A DNA stretch of 64,000 bases from Candidatus Hydrothermales bacterium (lineage in GTDB: Bacteria > Hydrothermota > Hydrothermia > Hydrothermales > JAJRUZ01). The notes below the pieces were generated by a model. The model saw nothing but the letters and a program-made list of their open reading frames with translations, searched no databases and had not been told where the DNA came from. Every line of letters begins with the position of its first letter. Within the stretch, counting starts at the first letter, position 1. Shown here piece by piece: positions 50,389 to 60,222 of this stretch. The position numbers were made by a program, and so were the translations under genes. The stretch covers positions 6,529-70,528 of the forward strand of contig JBCNUW010000002.1 in NCBI GenBank assembly GCA_039630575.1, given 5' to 3'.

Positions 50389-51321
50389 CTATTGTTTTAC
50401 TATCTCGACTCTCCTATTAATTCTCCTTCCTTCTTCAGTTTCATTAGATGTAACAGGGCAAAGTGGACCAACACCAAAAGCTTTCAATCTTTCTTTTGAA
50501 ATACCGTACTTTTCAACTAGCTCTTTTAAGACATTTTCTGCTCTTCGCTTCGATAAATCTATATTGTAATCTAACTTGCCAATGTTATCGGTATGCCCAA
50601 CTATAAAAACTTTAATGTTAGGATTTTCTCTTAAAAATTTTGCTATTTCTTTTAAAGTAGGCTCTGATTCAGGTTTTATATCAGCTTTATCAAAATCAAA
50701 ATAAATTCCATATATTGCAACATGTCCTTTTTCTTCTATTTCTCTTTTTAGTTCTTCCGCTCTAATAAGACCAATCTCCATCTCTTTTTTTTCTACAATA
50801 CCTAAAAACACTAAGGGGTTATAATCCCAACCCTCAAGTACAGTTAAAGAAACTCCTATATTTTTTCTTTTTGCTGATAAATGGAAAAACTTATCAGGTT
50901 TATTCTCTGTTTGATAAATATTACGGAATATTTTATTGTATTTTGACAGAAACTCTCTTATACCTTTTATTTTCTCTCCTTCACCTTTATATATTATATC
51001 AAAACCTACTTTTTTTAGGGCATGCTCATAATTTTTAAAAACTTCATAAGTAGTTCTTTCCTTTGGACAGTAATATAAAATAAAGGTAACCTTACCCTCT
51101 ATAACTTCCTTCTTTGCAACTTCAACATCTTCAGGTGAAATAGAAGTAATAGGACCAGAAAGAAGATATAATTTTTCAAAAGTTTTTACTTCATAATGAA
51201 CAATTCTTGATCCTGGAAATCTTGAAATAAGTGGATGATCTTTGCTTCCAGGAACATCTCTCTCTTGAGCAAAAGTAGAAAGATTCATAAAGAATAAAAT
51301 TAAAATGATTTTAACTTTCAT
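50389..51321 (-). CDS. OmpA-family peptidoglycan-binding protein
   Basis: The 310 aa product has a signal peptide. Its C-terminal OmpA_C region is 'FDFDKADIKPESEPTLKEIAKFLRENPNIKVFIVGHTDNIGKLDYNIDLSKRRAENV'. Confidence 0.75.
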   Translation of the reverse strand: MKVKIILILFFMNLSTFAQERDVPGSKDHPLISRFPGSRIVHYEVKTFEKLYLLSGPITSISPEDVEVAKKEVIEGKVTFILYYCPKERTTYEVFKNYEHALKKVGFDIIYKGEGEKIKGIREFLSKYNKIFRNIYQTENKPDKFFHLSAKRKNIGVSLTVLEGWDYNPLVFLGIVEKKEMEIGLIRAEELKREIEEKGHVAIYGIYFDFDKADIKPESEPTLKEIAKFLRENPNIKVFIVGHTDNIGKLDYNIDLSKRRAENVLKELVEKYGISKERLKAFGVGPLCPVTSNETEEGRRINRRVEIVKQ

Positions 51322-51325
51322 ATTA

Positions 51326-52726
51326 TCACTTTATTTTTATAATAATCCTATCTTTTTCTTTTTTCAAGGTACCGTAAATTTCCTTTATTTCGATCAAGTT
51401 TAAAATTGGGAATATTTTCTTTTCTAAAACAAGTTCGTCTTTAATTATGTTTTTTAAATAATTCTCTAAAAACCTTATAAAAATTACCCCATCAAAATAT
51501 AAAAAAAGATTTTCAATATTTGGAAAACCCTTTTTTGTTAATTGACCATTAATAACTGAAATTTGCTCTTTTAAAATTTCTGATGAAGAGGACAAATAAA
51601 AATCATCTCTGTGTATAAAATATCCGATAAACTCTTCAGCATTTCTGTTTACAAAAAATCTGTAATCGATATTTCCGAGTTTTCCTTCTTTTTTAGTTAA
51701 CCCTCCCTTTGAGATATCCAAAATAAGAAAACTAAAAGATTTTTCAGTTTCGTTCTCTTTACCTAACTTAATTAAAAATAGCGGAGAGTAATAATCACTA
51801 AAATAATTAAAGCCTTTAAAAGAAAAAGTTAAATGATTACCTAAATTTTTGAAAAAGTAAAGTTTCTTTTCAAAAAACTTCGCAATACTCTCATTTTTCA
51901 TTTCTTTTATAAATCTTTCAATCTCATCTTTCAATCTCAAATTTTTAAAAGATAGATAAACAATATAATCCGGTGGTAATTCGGTGTTTTTTAAATCAGG
52001 TTCTATTTTCATTAAAATATTTCCTAATAAACAGGAGGGCTTTTCGATTAAAAGCGTTAGCCCCTCAATTTCTGTGTAATAAAAAATAAACTTTTCTGAT
52101 TTAAAAAATAAACCATCTTTAACATAGGCTCCATAAACTATAGAATTCTTAGGAAAATTTTTCTTGTAGAATCTTTTGTATCTTAATTTTTTACCTTTTA
52201 AATGATCAATAGTTTGTTTCAATAAATCCTCGTTGTTAGAAATCACTATGTATTTTTCAATAAAAAATAAAACTATATCTTTCCATAAAAATGTGTAAGG
52301 AACTTTATTATACTCTTTACTAAATTTCATTAAATTAAAAATCAAGTTTATGAAAAAACTTTGAGGTTCTAAAATCACGAGGTATCCCTCATCAAAAAAT
52401 CCTATTCCAATTCTTTTAAACAGTTTTGTTAAATCTGCTTTATTTATTTCATCCCTTATTTTTTTAGAAACACCGAGATAAAATAAAAGGTCATCAAATA
52501 TTTCTCTTTTCTTCATAGAATCAATTAAACCGTTTCTATTTAAGGTCTTAAAAATCTCTTCTAAATTGTCAAAGACAACATAAAGATTTATACCTTTTGG
52601 GAAAATATCTACAATTTCTTCTATCTTCCAAGCAGAAGATGGCAATCTTCTGTAGAACAACAAAATAAAAAGGAAAATTAAAATAAAAAGGAAAGTTGGA
52701 ACCAAAAAATAAAAAATTTTTTTCAT
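51326..52726 (-). CDS. Membrane-anchored periplasmic protein (hypothetical)
   Basis: The 466 aa product has a single N-terminal TM. It is 4-nt coupled to the upstream gene. Confidence 0.45.
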   Translation of the reverse strand: MKKIFYFLVPTFLFILIFLFILLFYRRLPSSAWKIEEIVDIFPKGINLYVVFDNLEEIFKTLNRNGLIDSMKKREIFDDLLFYLGVSKKIRDEINKADLTKLFKRIGIGFFDEGYLVILEPQSFFINLIFNLMKFSKEYNKVPYTFLWKDIVLFFIEKYIVISNNEDLLKQTIDHLKGKKLRYKRFYKKNFPKNSIVYGAYVKDGLFFKSEKFIFYYTEIEGLTLLIEKPSCLLGNILMKIEPDLKNTELPPDYIVYLSFKNLRLKDEIERFIKEMKNESIAKFFEKKLYFFKNLGNHLTFSFKGFNYFSDYYSPLFLIKLGKENETEKSFSFLILDISKGGLTKKEGKLGNIDYRFFVNRNAEEFIGYFIHRDDFYLSSSSEILKEQISVINGQLTKKGFPNIENLFLYFDGVIFIRFLENYLKNIIKDELVLEKKIFPILNLIEIKEIYGTLKKEKDRIIIKIK

Positions 52727-54297
52727 AATTCTCTCCTTTTGTTTATTAAATTTTTTAAACTTTTATATTTTTTTAAACTATCAAGAACAATTCTTTTATA
52801 TTTTTCAATTAACTCTACTTCTTTTTTAAAACTTTTTAAATTTTTAAAACTTTCATTTTCTAATCTGTATGGTGAAAGAAAATAAATTATTCCTTCCTCA
52901 ATTTCTCCTTTTAAGTTATATTTCGATAGAGCTATATGAAGAAACTCATGAACTAAAACTTCCTCAATAATTGAGTACTTTAAAAGTAAACTAAAAGGAG
53001 CAACAATAATTGTATCATCCTTTATATATCCTGCATAAAAAGGTTTAATCTTCGTTTTTTCAGTAAAATCAAAATAATTTAAAGCCTCTTTAATTACAAA
53101 AAAATCTCTAAACTCTATACCGTTTTCTTCACATATTTTTTTAAACTTATAATAAGCATTTCTTATAAAAGGCAAATAATTTTTAATATTGGAAGAGAGA
53201 ACAACAAAATTTTTATCTTTATACACCTCATACTCAAACTTTAATTTCTCTATTTTAATATCTTTGAAATAAAAATTTATTATATCTGTATACTTAAAGC
53301 CCCTAAGAGCCATAGACTTTGCACCCTCCTGACACATCCCAAGACCATGTCCAAGTCCTTTACCCTCAAAAATGTAATAATTTTTTTCTTCCTTTAAATC
53401 AAAAAAATTTGACTTTAATGTATTCCATCCGTATTTTCTTGAGATTATGTTTCTAAAATCCCAACCCATTACCACTTTTCCATTAACATAAACATTCTTA
53501 ACTCTTCCACTTTCTCCTCTCTCAATTATCTTTATATCTCCAATTTTACTTTTGTCTAGTCTGTACTTCCAGAAAGCGTGTTTACTTTTTTTACAAAAAG
53601 TATCAACATTTTGCCTTATATAAAAAATATCATTATTAAATATTTCTATAGGAGAAGAGGTAATACCACCACAACAAGCAGAATAAAAGGGTTCAATCAA
53701 TCTCCCTTTATAAGTTAAAACCTCACCGTCTGTTTCTGATACTGCCTTTTTAGATAAATATGATTCATCCATAACACCCATATAAACTTGACAATTAGTT
53801 AAATCACAAAAATCGTAATCATAACCTTTGTGTCTACTATTATATAGAGCAAGAGTTCTTGATAAAACAGCTTGTGCTTTTAGAGCTTCAAATATAGAAT
53901 TACCTATTTCTGCAACGATAACTGATGAGAGATAGTCTCTTAAATTTACATGGTTTATTAAAAATAATTCATAATTTTTGTTATATATTCTTATTTTTCC
54001 TTTGTATTTTCTTTGGAAATTTTTATTTTTTATTAAAATTGGATTATGGGAACCAATAAAAAATTCCTTCTGTTTAGTTCCGTTCACAATTATACTATCT
54101 TTTTTGTAGATTTTAACAAAATATCTTTTTTCATCTGATATTATATAAATTTCCTTTAAACTGTATTTCGATAAAATTCTAACTGAAATTTCTTTCGAGA
54201 GATCAAAAGGTATCAAAAATAAAAATATTAATATGTTATTCAAGGCACTCCAATATTCTCTTAGCAAGCGGAGCCGCATCTTTTGAACCTTGACCAA
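52723..54297 (-). CDS. SpoIID/LytB-domain protein fused to a C-terminal HExxH region
   Basis: The 524 aa product has 'VIVAEIGNSIFEALKAQAVLSRTLA', 'FCDLTNCQVYMG' and 'FYSACCGGITS' (SpoIID/LytB signatures). Its C-terminal 'EEVLVHEFLHIALSKY' is an HExxH zinc-binding-like motif. Confidence 0.7.
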   Translation of the reverse strand: MVKVQKMRLRLLREYWSALNNILIFLFLIPFDLSKEISVRILSKYSLKEIYIISDEKRYFVKIYKKDSIIVNGTKQKEFFIGSHNPILIKNKNFQRKYKGKIRIYNKNYELFLINHVNLRDYLSSVIVAEIGNSIFEALKAQAVLSRTLALYNSRHKGYDYDFCDLTNCQVYMGVMDESYLSKKAVSETDGEVLTYKGRLIEPFYSACCGGITSSPIEIFNNDIFYIRQNVDTFCKKSKHAFWKYRLDKSKIGDIKIIERGESGRVKNVYVNGKVVMGWDFRNIISRKYGWNTLKSNFFDLKEEKNYYIFEGKGLGHGLGMCQEGAKSMALRGFKYTDIINFYFKDIKIEKLKFEYEVYKDKNFVVLSSNIKNYLPFIRNAYYKFKKICEENGIEFRDFFVIKEALNYFDFTEKTKIKPFYAGYIKDDTIIVAPFSLLLKYSIIEEVLVHEFLHIALSKYNLKGEIEEGIIYFLSPYRLENESFKNLKSFKKEVELIEKYKRIVLDSLKKYKSLKNLINKRREL

Positions 54298-55132
54298 TTT
54301 TTAAAAAAACTATTATTCCTATTCTTGGGTCATAGTATGGATAGTATCCAGCAAATATCGCATGAGTTCTCCATCCATTTATATGTTTTGGTGTTCCTGT
54401 TTTACCCGCTGTCCTATCTTTATAGTTTGCCAAAATTCCTGTTCCTTCTTTACATACACTCCTTAAACTTTCTTTTAAAATCTTTAAAGAATTATAAATT
54501 CCCAAGGGATAAACCAAGTTATTCTTTTCTTTTATCCATAAGGGCACAAAAAAGCCATTCCTTGAGATTGAGACAAGGAAAGAGAGCATTGAGGAGAGTG
54601 TCATTTTGATATATCCATTTTCTCCAAGTGCAAAGTCTATTAAATTTTTTTTCTTTAGGGGTATTTTTATTTCATTTAAAATTTCGCCCCCTATACAAGA
54701 TGTTGAAAGATCATCGAGTTTTAAAATTTTGAAATATTTTATAAAAAGATAGGGATCTATTAAAAGTGAAGCCTTTGCAAAGAATATATTGCATGAATTT
54801 TTTAAGGCATCTTTTATATTTTGTTTTCCGTGCCCATTTTTAATCCAGCATTTAACTTTTATTTTATCATTATCAATTTCTAAAATTTCTTCACCTTTGC
54901 AATCTACATAAAAATTTTCATCAATTATGTTTTCTTCAATTAGAACTATTGTTGTAAAAATCTTAAAAAATGAACCAGGTGGTAAAAGTGTTGAAAAGCA
55001 CAACTTTCTGTTATGATAATCGATTATATTTCCAGATTTTATATCAACAATTATAAAAGCACCTTTATCGCCAATCTCTTTTTTTATTCTTTCAATATTT
55101 AAAAAAATTAAAATTAAAAAAACTTTATTCAC
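54236..55132 (-). CDS. Penicillin-binding-protein transpeptidase-only domain protein (serine beta-lactamase-like fold)
   Basis: The 298 aa product has SxxK 'PPGSFFK', SxN 'KNSCNIFF' and KTG 'AGKTGTP'. It has no glycosyltransferase domain. It overlaps the A2M stop by 8 nt. Confidence 0.7.
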   Translation of the reverse strand: MNKVFLILIFLNIERIKKEIGDKGAFIIVDIKSGNIIDYHNRKLCFSTLLPPGSFFKIFTTIVLIEENIIDENFYVDCKGEEILEIDNDKIKVKCWIKNGHGKQNIKDALKNSCNIFFAKASLLIDPYLFIKYFKILKLDDLSTSCIGGEILNEIKIPLKKKNLIDFALGENGYIKMTLSSMLSFLVSISRNGFFVPLWIKEKNNLVYPLGIYNSLKILKESLRSVCKEGTGILANYKDRTAGKTGTPKHINGWRTHAIFAGYYPYYDPRIGIIVFLKIGQGSKDAAPLAKRILECLE

Positions 55133-58100
55133 TTATTTTAATTACATATTCATCTGAATGGGCAAATATATCAGGGAAGTACATTAAACTTCCTTTTGCA
55201 GGCATTACATGAAACCTTCCCGGTAAATAAGTTCTTAAAATATAAGAGAATTCATAAGTTCCAGGATAAAGTCTTGTCCTGAAAAAGGCAATCCTATCAT
55301 CATGAATTTCTTCTCCTATCCAGTCCCAATCCCATCCATCGTAATCATAGTAATAATCACCACGATATTTACTTTCTCCTTCTATATAAAATCTTTCTCT
55401 TTCCTTTTCAACCTCGCAGCCAGCTGGAAGCGGATCTTCAAGCATGAAGTATTCCATTTCACTGTTACATTGAACTTTTATCTTCACAAAAAGATATTCT
55501 CCCTTTTTTGTGTATCCATAAAATGGTATCTTTTTATATATAATTTTATTTCCTTCTCTTATAGGCTGAAGTCTCCATATCTCCTTCAAAACTTTAAATT
55601 CTGCTCCACCAGCTTTTATATTTTCTTCAGTTGAATAATATTTCACAAAGAAAGAATAAAGAATTTCACCTTTTCCGGATTTTTCAAAAACTATCTTATT
55701 TTTTCCTTTACTTAAAATATCTGTAGGAATAATTTTAGGTGAATTATATTCATTTATATTTTCTCTTTTTATAGTATAATTACCGAAATTTCTATCATTT
55801 ATCTTTAAATTTAAAGAAAGGTCAAAATCAAATAATCCTCTTTTTTCCATATACTCTCCAAGAGAAATTATCGTTGAAGATGTTGTTATTGTTGAATGCC
55901 ACATTGCTCCTTTCCTTTTATTTAAAAGATAAAAAGAAAGCCTTGTACAAAATTCATCGTTTGGAATATAATAGAGGCTTGACAAGAGAGCTTTAGAAGT
56001 CACAAAAAGAGGATCAGCGTAGATTGTTCCATGGTTTGATTTTAAAAACATATCTTGAAAATAAGAAACTCCATTAACATTTATTGCCATTTCTTTTAAT
56101 TTTGAAAAATAAATCTCACCCTGTTTTTTATCCTGTGAAAGAATTAAAGAAATAAGTGAAATAATATATGGGCTTTCAATCTTTCCAACTAAATACTTCT
56201 CTATATCCTCCTTTTTAATCCTTTCATAAAAAGATAATGAATAAAGTAAAAAGGCCTTATCGTAATCCGATAAGTTTTCTTGTTCTAGAAATTCTTTTAA
56301 TTTTTTTACTCCTTTCTGTATTACCTCATCATTAACCCTATATCCTGTTCTTTTTAAAAGACCGAGTCCATATAAAACATAGGCAGTATTAAAAGGATGT
56401 GATTCGTCGTTTTCCCACCATCCCCATCCACCATCGGCGTGCTGGAAAGTATAAAGTCTCTGGAGTCCTTTCTCAATCATTTTTGGTAGTTCTTTCGTAA
56501 ATAAAGGATCTTTTACACCTGCTTTCTCTATAATATCTTTAACAGCTACATTTGGTAAAAATTTGCTCATCGTCTGCTCAACGCATCCATAGGGATAACC
56601 AATTAATTCCTTTAATGAAGAAAAAACTGCATTTTGGTATGAGGGAGAAATATAAAGAGCAGAGGAAAAATTTTCAATATCTTCTGGTATCTCAAATTCA
56701 ATTTCACTTTTGTCATTTTTAAGGATATTTGAGATTGATAAAATTTTTTCCATTCCGTGTGGTAAAATAGGAATTTTAAGATTTAGGGCATCATAAGAAT
56801 TTTTTCCTTTTGCGATAAGCGTAAAATCTGCAATTCCTGGTTTTGCTGCATAAACTTTAAAATTAGTAGATTTTAAACCTCCAGGTAAAACCTCACCCAC
56901 ACTTACATCCTCTTTCCCAAGAAGTTCAACACCCCTTGCATCAATTTGAAAATTAATATAATCTTTTTTATCCTGATAATTGTGGACTATTCCCTTTATT
57001 TCCACAGTGTCTCTTTCTCTTAAAAATCTTGGCAAAATAAGCCTTGCGAGTAAATCCTTTGAAACAATAAACTTATGTTCCTCTTCACCGAATTTATCTT
57101 TAACTTTTGCTTTCACTCTTATTCTCCATGTAGTTAAATTGTCAGGAAGTTTTATTTCAAACTCTGCTTCACCATTTTTGTCTGTACTTCTTCGTAAAAC
57201 ACAAAAGGCTAAATCTTTAAATTCCTTTCTTATCATCATTTCTTCACCTATACCCTTCATTGCAAATCTGGGATAGGTTTCCAAGTCCTTTTTTGCTAAA
57301 TGGTAAAGAAAATCTTTTTTTCTAACTCCCTCTTCCTCAAATAGGTAACCTACTTCCCAAAAATTCCAAGATGATGAAGAATTACAGGAACTATAAATTC
57401 CTTTCTGTGGGTAGAAAAAAAAGAAGATGTCCTCTTCAAGGGGTCTCTGGAGAGAAAAAAGAGCCTCATCAACTATGAAAATTGAAATCTCTGACTCTTG
57501 TGGCTTTCCTTTATAATCGTTAACCTTTACTTTAATCTTTGCTTTTTCCTGCGGTAAATACCTTTTCTTTTCGAGCTCAAAAGTTATATTTAATCTCTTA
57601 CTTTCAGAATTTACTTTGATTTCCTTTTTTGCTTCATAAAAATTTAATTTTCTGTTTCCTGAAATACTTATATGGAAGTTTGGGATGTGAATTTCTTTGA
57701 TTTTAAACTCAATAATTCCAGTATTCTTTTCAATCCTTACAACTCCAACTTTTTCAATTCCGTAATTTTCAATTGTATAAAATAAGTATCCTCTTTCAAA
57801 GGGTGAAAAGATAATTGCCTTTAATCTTTCACCAGGTATGTACTCTTTTTTCTCAGTTATAATCTCAATTCTATTCTCTTCATATTCAAAAGTGTATCCT
57901 TCTTCATAGACATAAACATTAGCATGACTAGATAATAAAAATTCCTTTTCATCTTTAAATTCCATGGCTATTTTAAACCAACCTGCTTTAACTGCTTTTA
58001 CCTTTAGAATTCCTTTTCCTTCTTTAATTTTTATGTCATACTCTTTTTCAAAAATTTTAATTTTTACATTCCCTTCTTTTAATCCCTTACCTTCAAGATC

Positions 58101-59606
58101 TATAACATTAGCGTATATTTCAATTTCTTCTCCCTTTTTATAGCTATATTTATCAGTAGTTAAAAAAGTGTAATATTTGCTTCTTCCTGCTTTAAAAAAT
58201 CCCTTTTCTCTTTGTTCAAGACCACTTTCATCTTCAAGAGATACATCAACTATATAAGTGTAATATCTGTCAATCTCCTGAATTTCGTATTCATGAACAA
58301 GTTCACCTCTTTCATTCAAATTACCTTCTATTTCATCTAAGAATTCCTGTTCCCATGTATACTCATAAAATTCATGGTCATAGTAAAAGGGTCTTCTTGA
58401 AATTTTTAACTTAACTTTGCCTTGTGAGACAGGTGCCCCAAAGAAGTATTCTCCCTTTATTTTAATTTTTGCCTTTTCACCTGTTGTCAAAACCTTTGGT
58501 TCTACATCTACTTTTACTGAAAATTCAGGTTTTCTATATGCTTCAACTTTGAATATTTGAGAAAATTCTTTGTCTTTAAAATTTGCGTTTATTCTATAAG
58601 TCCCAAGATTTGCATTTTCTGGCAAAATGAGTGAATCATAACATGTGCCAAATTCGTTTGTGTTTAATTCTTTGTCATATAAAATATTATCCTTAGGGTT
58701 TAAAATTTTTACTCTTAAAGAACCTGTATAGGATCTGTAATTTTCTTCTTCTAAAATTCTTGCCACTATCTTGAAAAAAACTTTGTCATTTGGTCTATAC
58801 AGTGGTCTATCTGTATAGATATAAATTCTTTCAGGTGGAAATTCTGCCCAAGGAGCATAAGATGTTGAAAGTGCTATACTTCCATTATAGGAGAGAATAA
58901 CTTGAAAATCGTGAGCACTCTGTACTTCTTTCATTTTAAAATAGAAAATTCCGTTCTCGTCAGTTTTCCCTTCCTTTAATGTTTTTTCATTTAATTTTAT
59001 ACATACATTTGCTCCTTTTAGCGGTTCAGAAGTAAAAAGGTTTTGAGCAAAAAGATAGAAATTTTCTCTATCTTGTTTTGTTATAAATCCAATATCAGTT
59101 ATTATAAGTGGTATGAATTTTCGTGAATAAGCGTTTGATACTTCTACAATATATACTCCTTTTTTGTACACATTTATTTCAATATCCTTACTTATCCAAG
59201 TTTGTCCAAAGTCTTCTATCCATTCTTCAATAAGTTCATATTCTTTTAGAGGAGACGGAAATTTCAAGACTTCTTCTTCCAATTTTTTGATCTTGAAATT
59301 TTCTGTAATTTCCCTTCTTTCTTCTGTTTTTATATTTCTTCTAAAGTAATTTCTAATTTTTTTTCTAGCTTCTTTTATTCCTTTCTCAATACTCTCAAAA
59401 GTATTAAAAATTTTTCCCTTTTCTATTATGGTGGGATATAGTATGGAACTTGATTTTTTAAAAAATTCATAGCCATGTGGAACTTCATAAACCCTTATAA
59501 TTGCTCTACCAATTCCGTATCCACTCAAATTGATCTTTGGCTTTTCGCCTACCAGATTAATTGAACTTTTTAAGTAAACATAAATAAAAAGTAAATTTAC
59601 AAGCAT
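55125..59606 (-). CDS. Bacterial alpha-2-macroglobulin (thioester-containing, YfhM-type)
   Basis: The 1493 aa product has the thioester motif 'GYPYGCVEQTMSKFLPN' (coded at 56574-56588). It has MG-domain-like Ig repeats and an alpha-helical TED region 'YVLYGLGLL..'. Confidence 0.85.
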   Translation of the reverse strand: MLVNLLFIYVYLKSSINLVGEKPKINLSGYGIGRAIIRVYEVPHGYEFFKKSSSILYPTIIEKGKIFNTFESIEKGIKEARKKIRNYFRRNIKTEERREITENFKIKKLEEEVLKFPSPLKEYELIEEWIEDFGQTWISKDIEINVYKKGVYIVEVSNAYSRKFIPLIITDIGFITKQDRENFYLFAQNLFTSEPLKGANVCIKLNEKTLKEGKTDENGIFYFKMKEVQSAHDFQVILSYNGSIALSTSYAPWAEFPPERIYIYTDRPLYRPNDKVFFKIVARILEEENYRSYTGSLRVKILNPKDNILYDKELNTNEFGTCYDSLILPENANLGTYRINANFKDKEFSQIFKVEAYRKPEFSVKVDVEPKVLTTGEKAKIKIKGEYFFGAPVSQGKVKLKISRRPFYYDHEFYEYTWEQEFLDEIEGNLNERGELVHEYEIQEIDRYYTYIVDVSLEDESGLEQREKGFFKAGRSKYYTFLTTDKYSYKKGEEIEIYANVIDLEGKGLKEGNVKIKIFEKEYDIKIKEGKGILKVKAVKAGWFKIAMEFKDEKEFLLSSHANVYVYEEGYTFEYEENRIEIITEKKEYIPGERLKAIIFSPFERGYLFYTIENYGIEKVGVVRIEKNTGIIEFKIKEIHIPNFHISISGNRKLNFYEAKKEIKVNSESKRLNITFELEKKRYLPQEKAKIKVKVNDYKGKPQESEISIFIVDEALFSLQRPLEEDIFFFFYPQKGIYSSCNSSSSWNFWEVGYLFEEEGVRKKDFLYHLAKKDLETYPRFAMKGIGEEMMIRKEFKDLAFCVLRRSTDKNGEAEFEIKLPDNLTTWRIRVKAKVKDKFGEEEHKFIVSKDLLARLILPRFLRERDTVEIKGIVHNYQDKKDYINFQIDARGVELLGKEDVSVGEVLPGGLKSTNFKVYAAKPGIADFTLIAKGKNSYDALNLKIPILPHGMEKILSISNILKNDKSEIEFEIPEDIENFSSALYISPSYQNAVFSSLKELIGYPYGCVEQTMSKFLPNVAVKDIIEKAGVKDPLFTKELPKMIEKGLQRLYTFQHADGGWGWWENDESHPFNTAYVLYGLGLLKRTGYRVNDEVIQKGVKKLKEFLEQENLSDYDKAFLLYSLSFYERIKKEDIEKYLVGKIESPYIISLISLILSQDKKQGEIYFSKLKEMAINVNGVSYFQDMFLKSNHGTIYADPLFVTSKALLSSLYYIPNDEFCTRLSFYLLNKRKGAMWHSTITTSSTIISLGEYMEKRGLFDFDLSLNLKINDRNFGNYTIKRENINEYNSPKIIPTDILSKGKNKIVFEKSGKGEILYSFFVKYYSTEENIKAGGAEFKVLKEIWRLQPIREGNKIIYKKIPFYGYTKKGEYLFVKIKVQCNSEMEYFMLEDPLPAGCEVEKERERFYIEGESKYRGDYYYDYDGWDWDWIGEEIHDDRIAFFRTRLYPGTYEFSYILRTYLPGRFHVMPAKGSLMYFPDIFAHSDEYVIKISE
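56574..56588 (-). other. Thioester site codons C-V-E-Q of the alpha-2-macroglobulin
   Basis: The revcomp of ctgctcaacgcatcc is gga tgc gtt gag cag, i.e. G C V E Q. Confidence 0.8.
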
Positions 59607-59652
59607 ATTTTTTACCTCCTACTTATTATATTGCTTTACTTAAATATTAAAA

Positions 59653-60213
59653 TTAATCCTCAAAATATTTCAATCTAAAAAATCCAAGAAAGTTTTCATT
59701 TGAAGGAATAGGATACCATATAGGATCGGGGTGTTTAAAAATTAGATTATATTTTATCAGTTTAAATTCACCTTTTTTTCTCTCAGATGGACCTGTATGA
59801 TAAATCAAATATTCATCATTTTCTATTCTTAGATAAACAATTGAATGATAGGGAAATTCTTGCTTTGGATTATAATAGAACAAAATATCACCAGATTCTA
59901 AATTTATCCTCTCTTTATTTTTTCCAAGAAAGATAGTATTATATAAAATTAAATTTTTAACATCCGCAAAAGAAGAGTAAATAAAATCTCCTTTCTCTTT
60001 AACTAAAAAGGGATTTTTTTTATTTATATTTAACTTTATACCTTTAAAGTCTGACAAAGCTTTAATAAGAGCCATTCTTATGAAATGAGCACAATCCACA
60101 ATATTAGTATCTTTTTTTAAAAATATATCTATGAGATTTTCTACAAATTTTTTCCTTAGAATTTCTCTATCACTGAGTACACCTACTGTCAAAAAAAATA
60201 TAAAAGTCATCAT
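59653..60213 (-). CDS. NlpC/P60-like (DUF1175-like) papain-fold protein adjacent to A2M
   Basis: The 186 aa product has a candidate catalytic Cys in 'NIVDCAHFIRMAL'. It also has 'GDILFYYNPKQEFPYHSIVYL', which fits the GD(L/I)xFF....H..IY pattern of NlpC/P60 and transglutaminase-like enzymes. Confidence 0.45.
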   Translation of the reverse strand: MMTFIFFLTVGVLSDREILRKKFVENLIDIFLKKDTNIVDCAHFIRMALIKALSDFKGIKLNINKKNPFLVKEKGDFIYSSFADVKNLILYNTIFLGKNKERINLESGDILFYYNPKQEFPYHSIVYLRIENDEYLIYHTGPSERKKGEFKLIKYNLIFKHPDPIWYPIPSNENFLGFFRLKYFED

Positions 60214-60222
60214 TTTGAAAAA

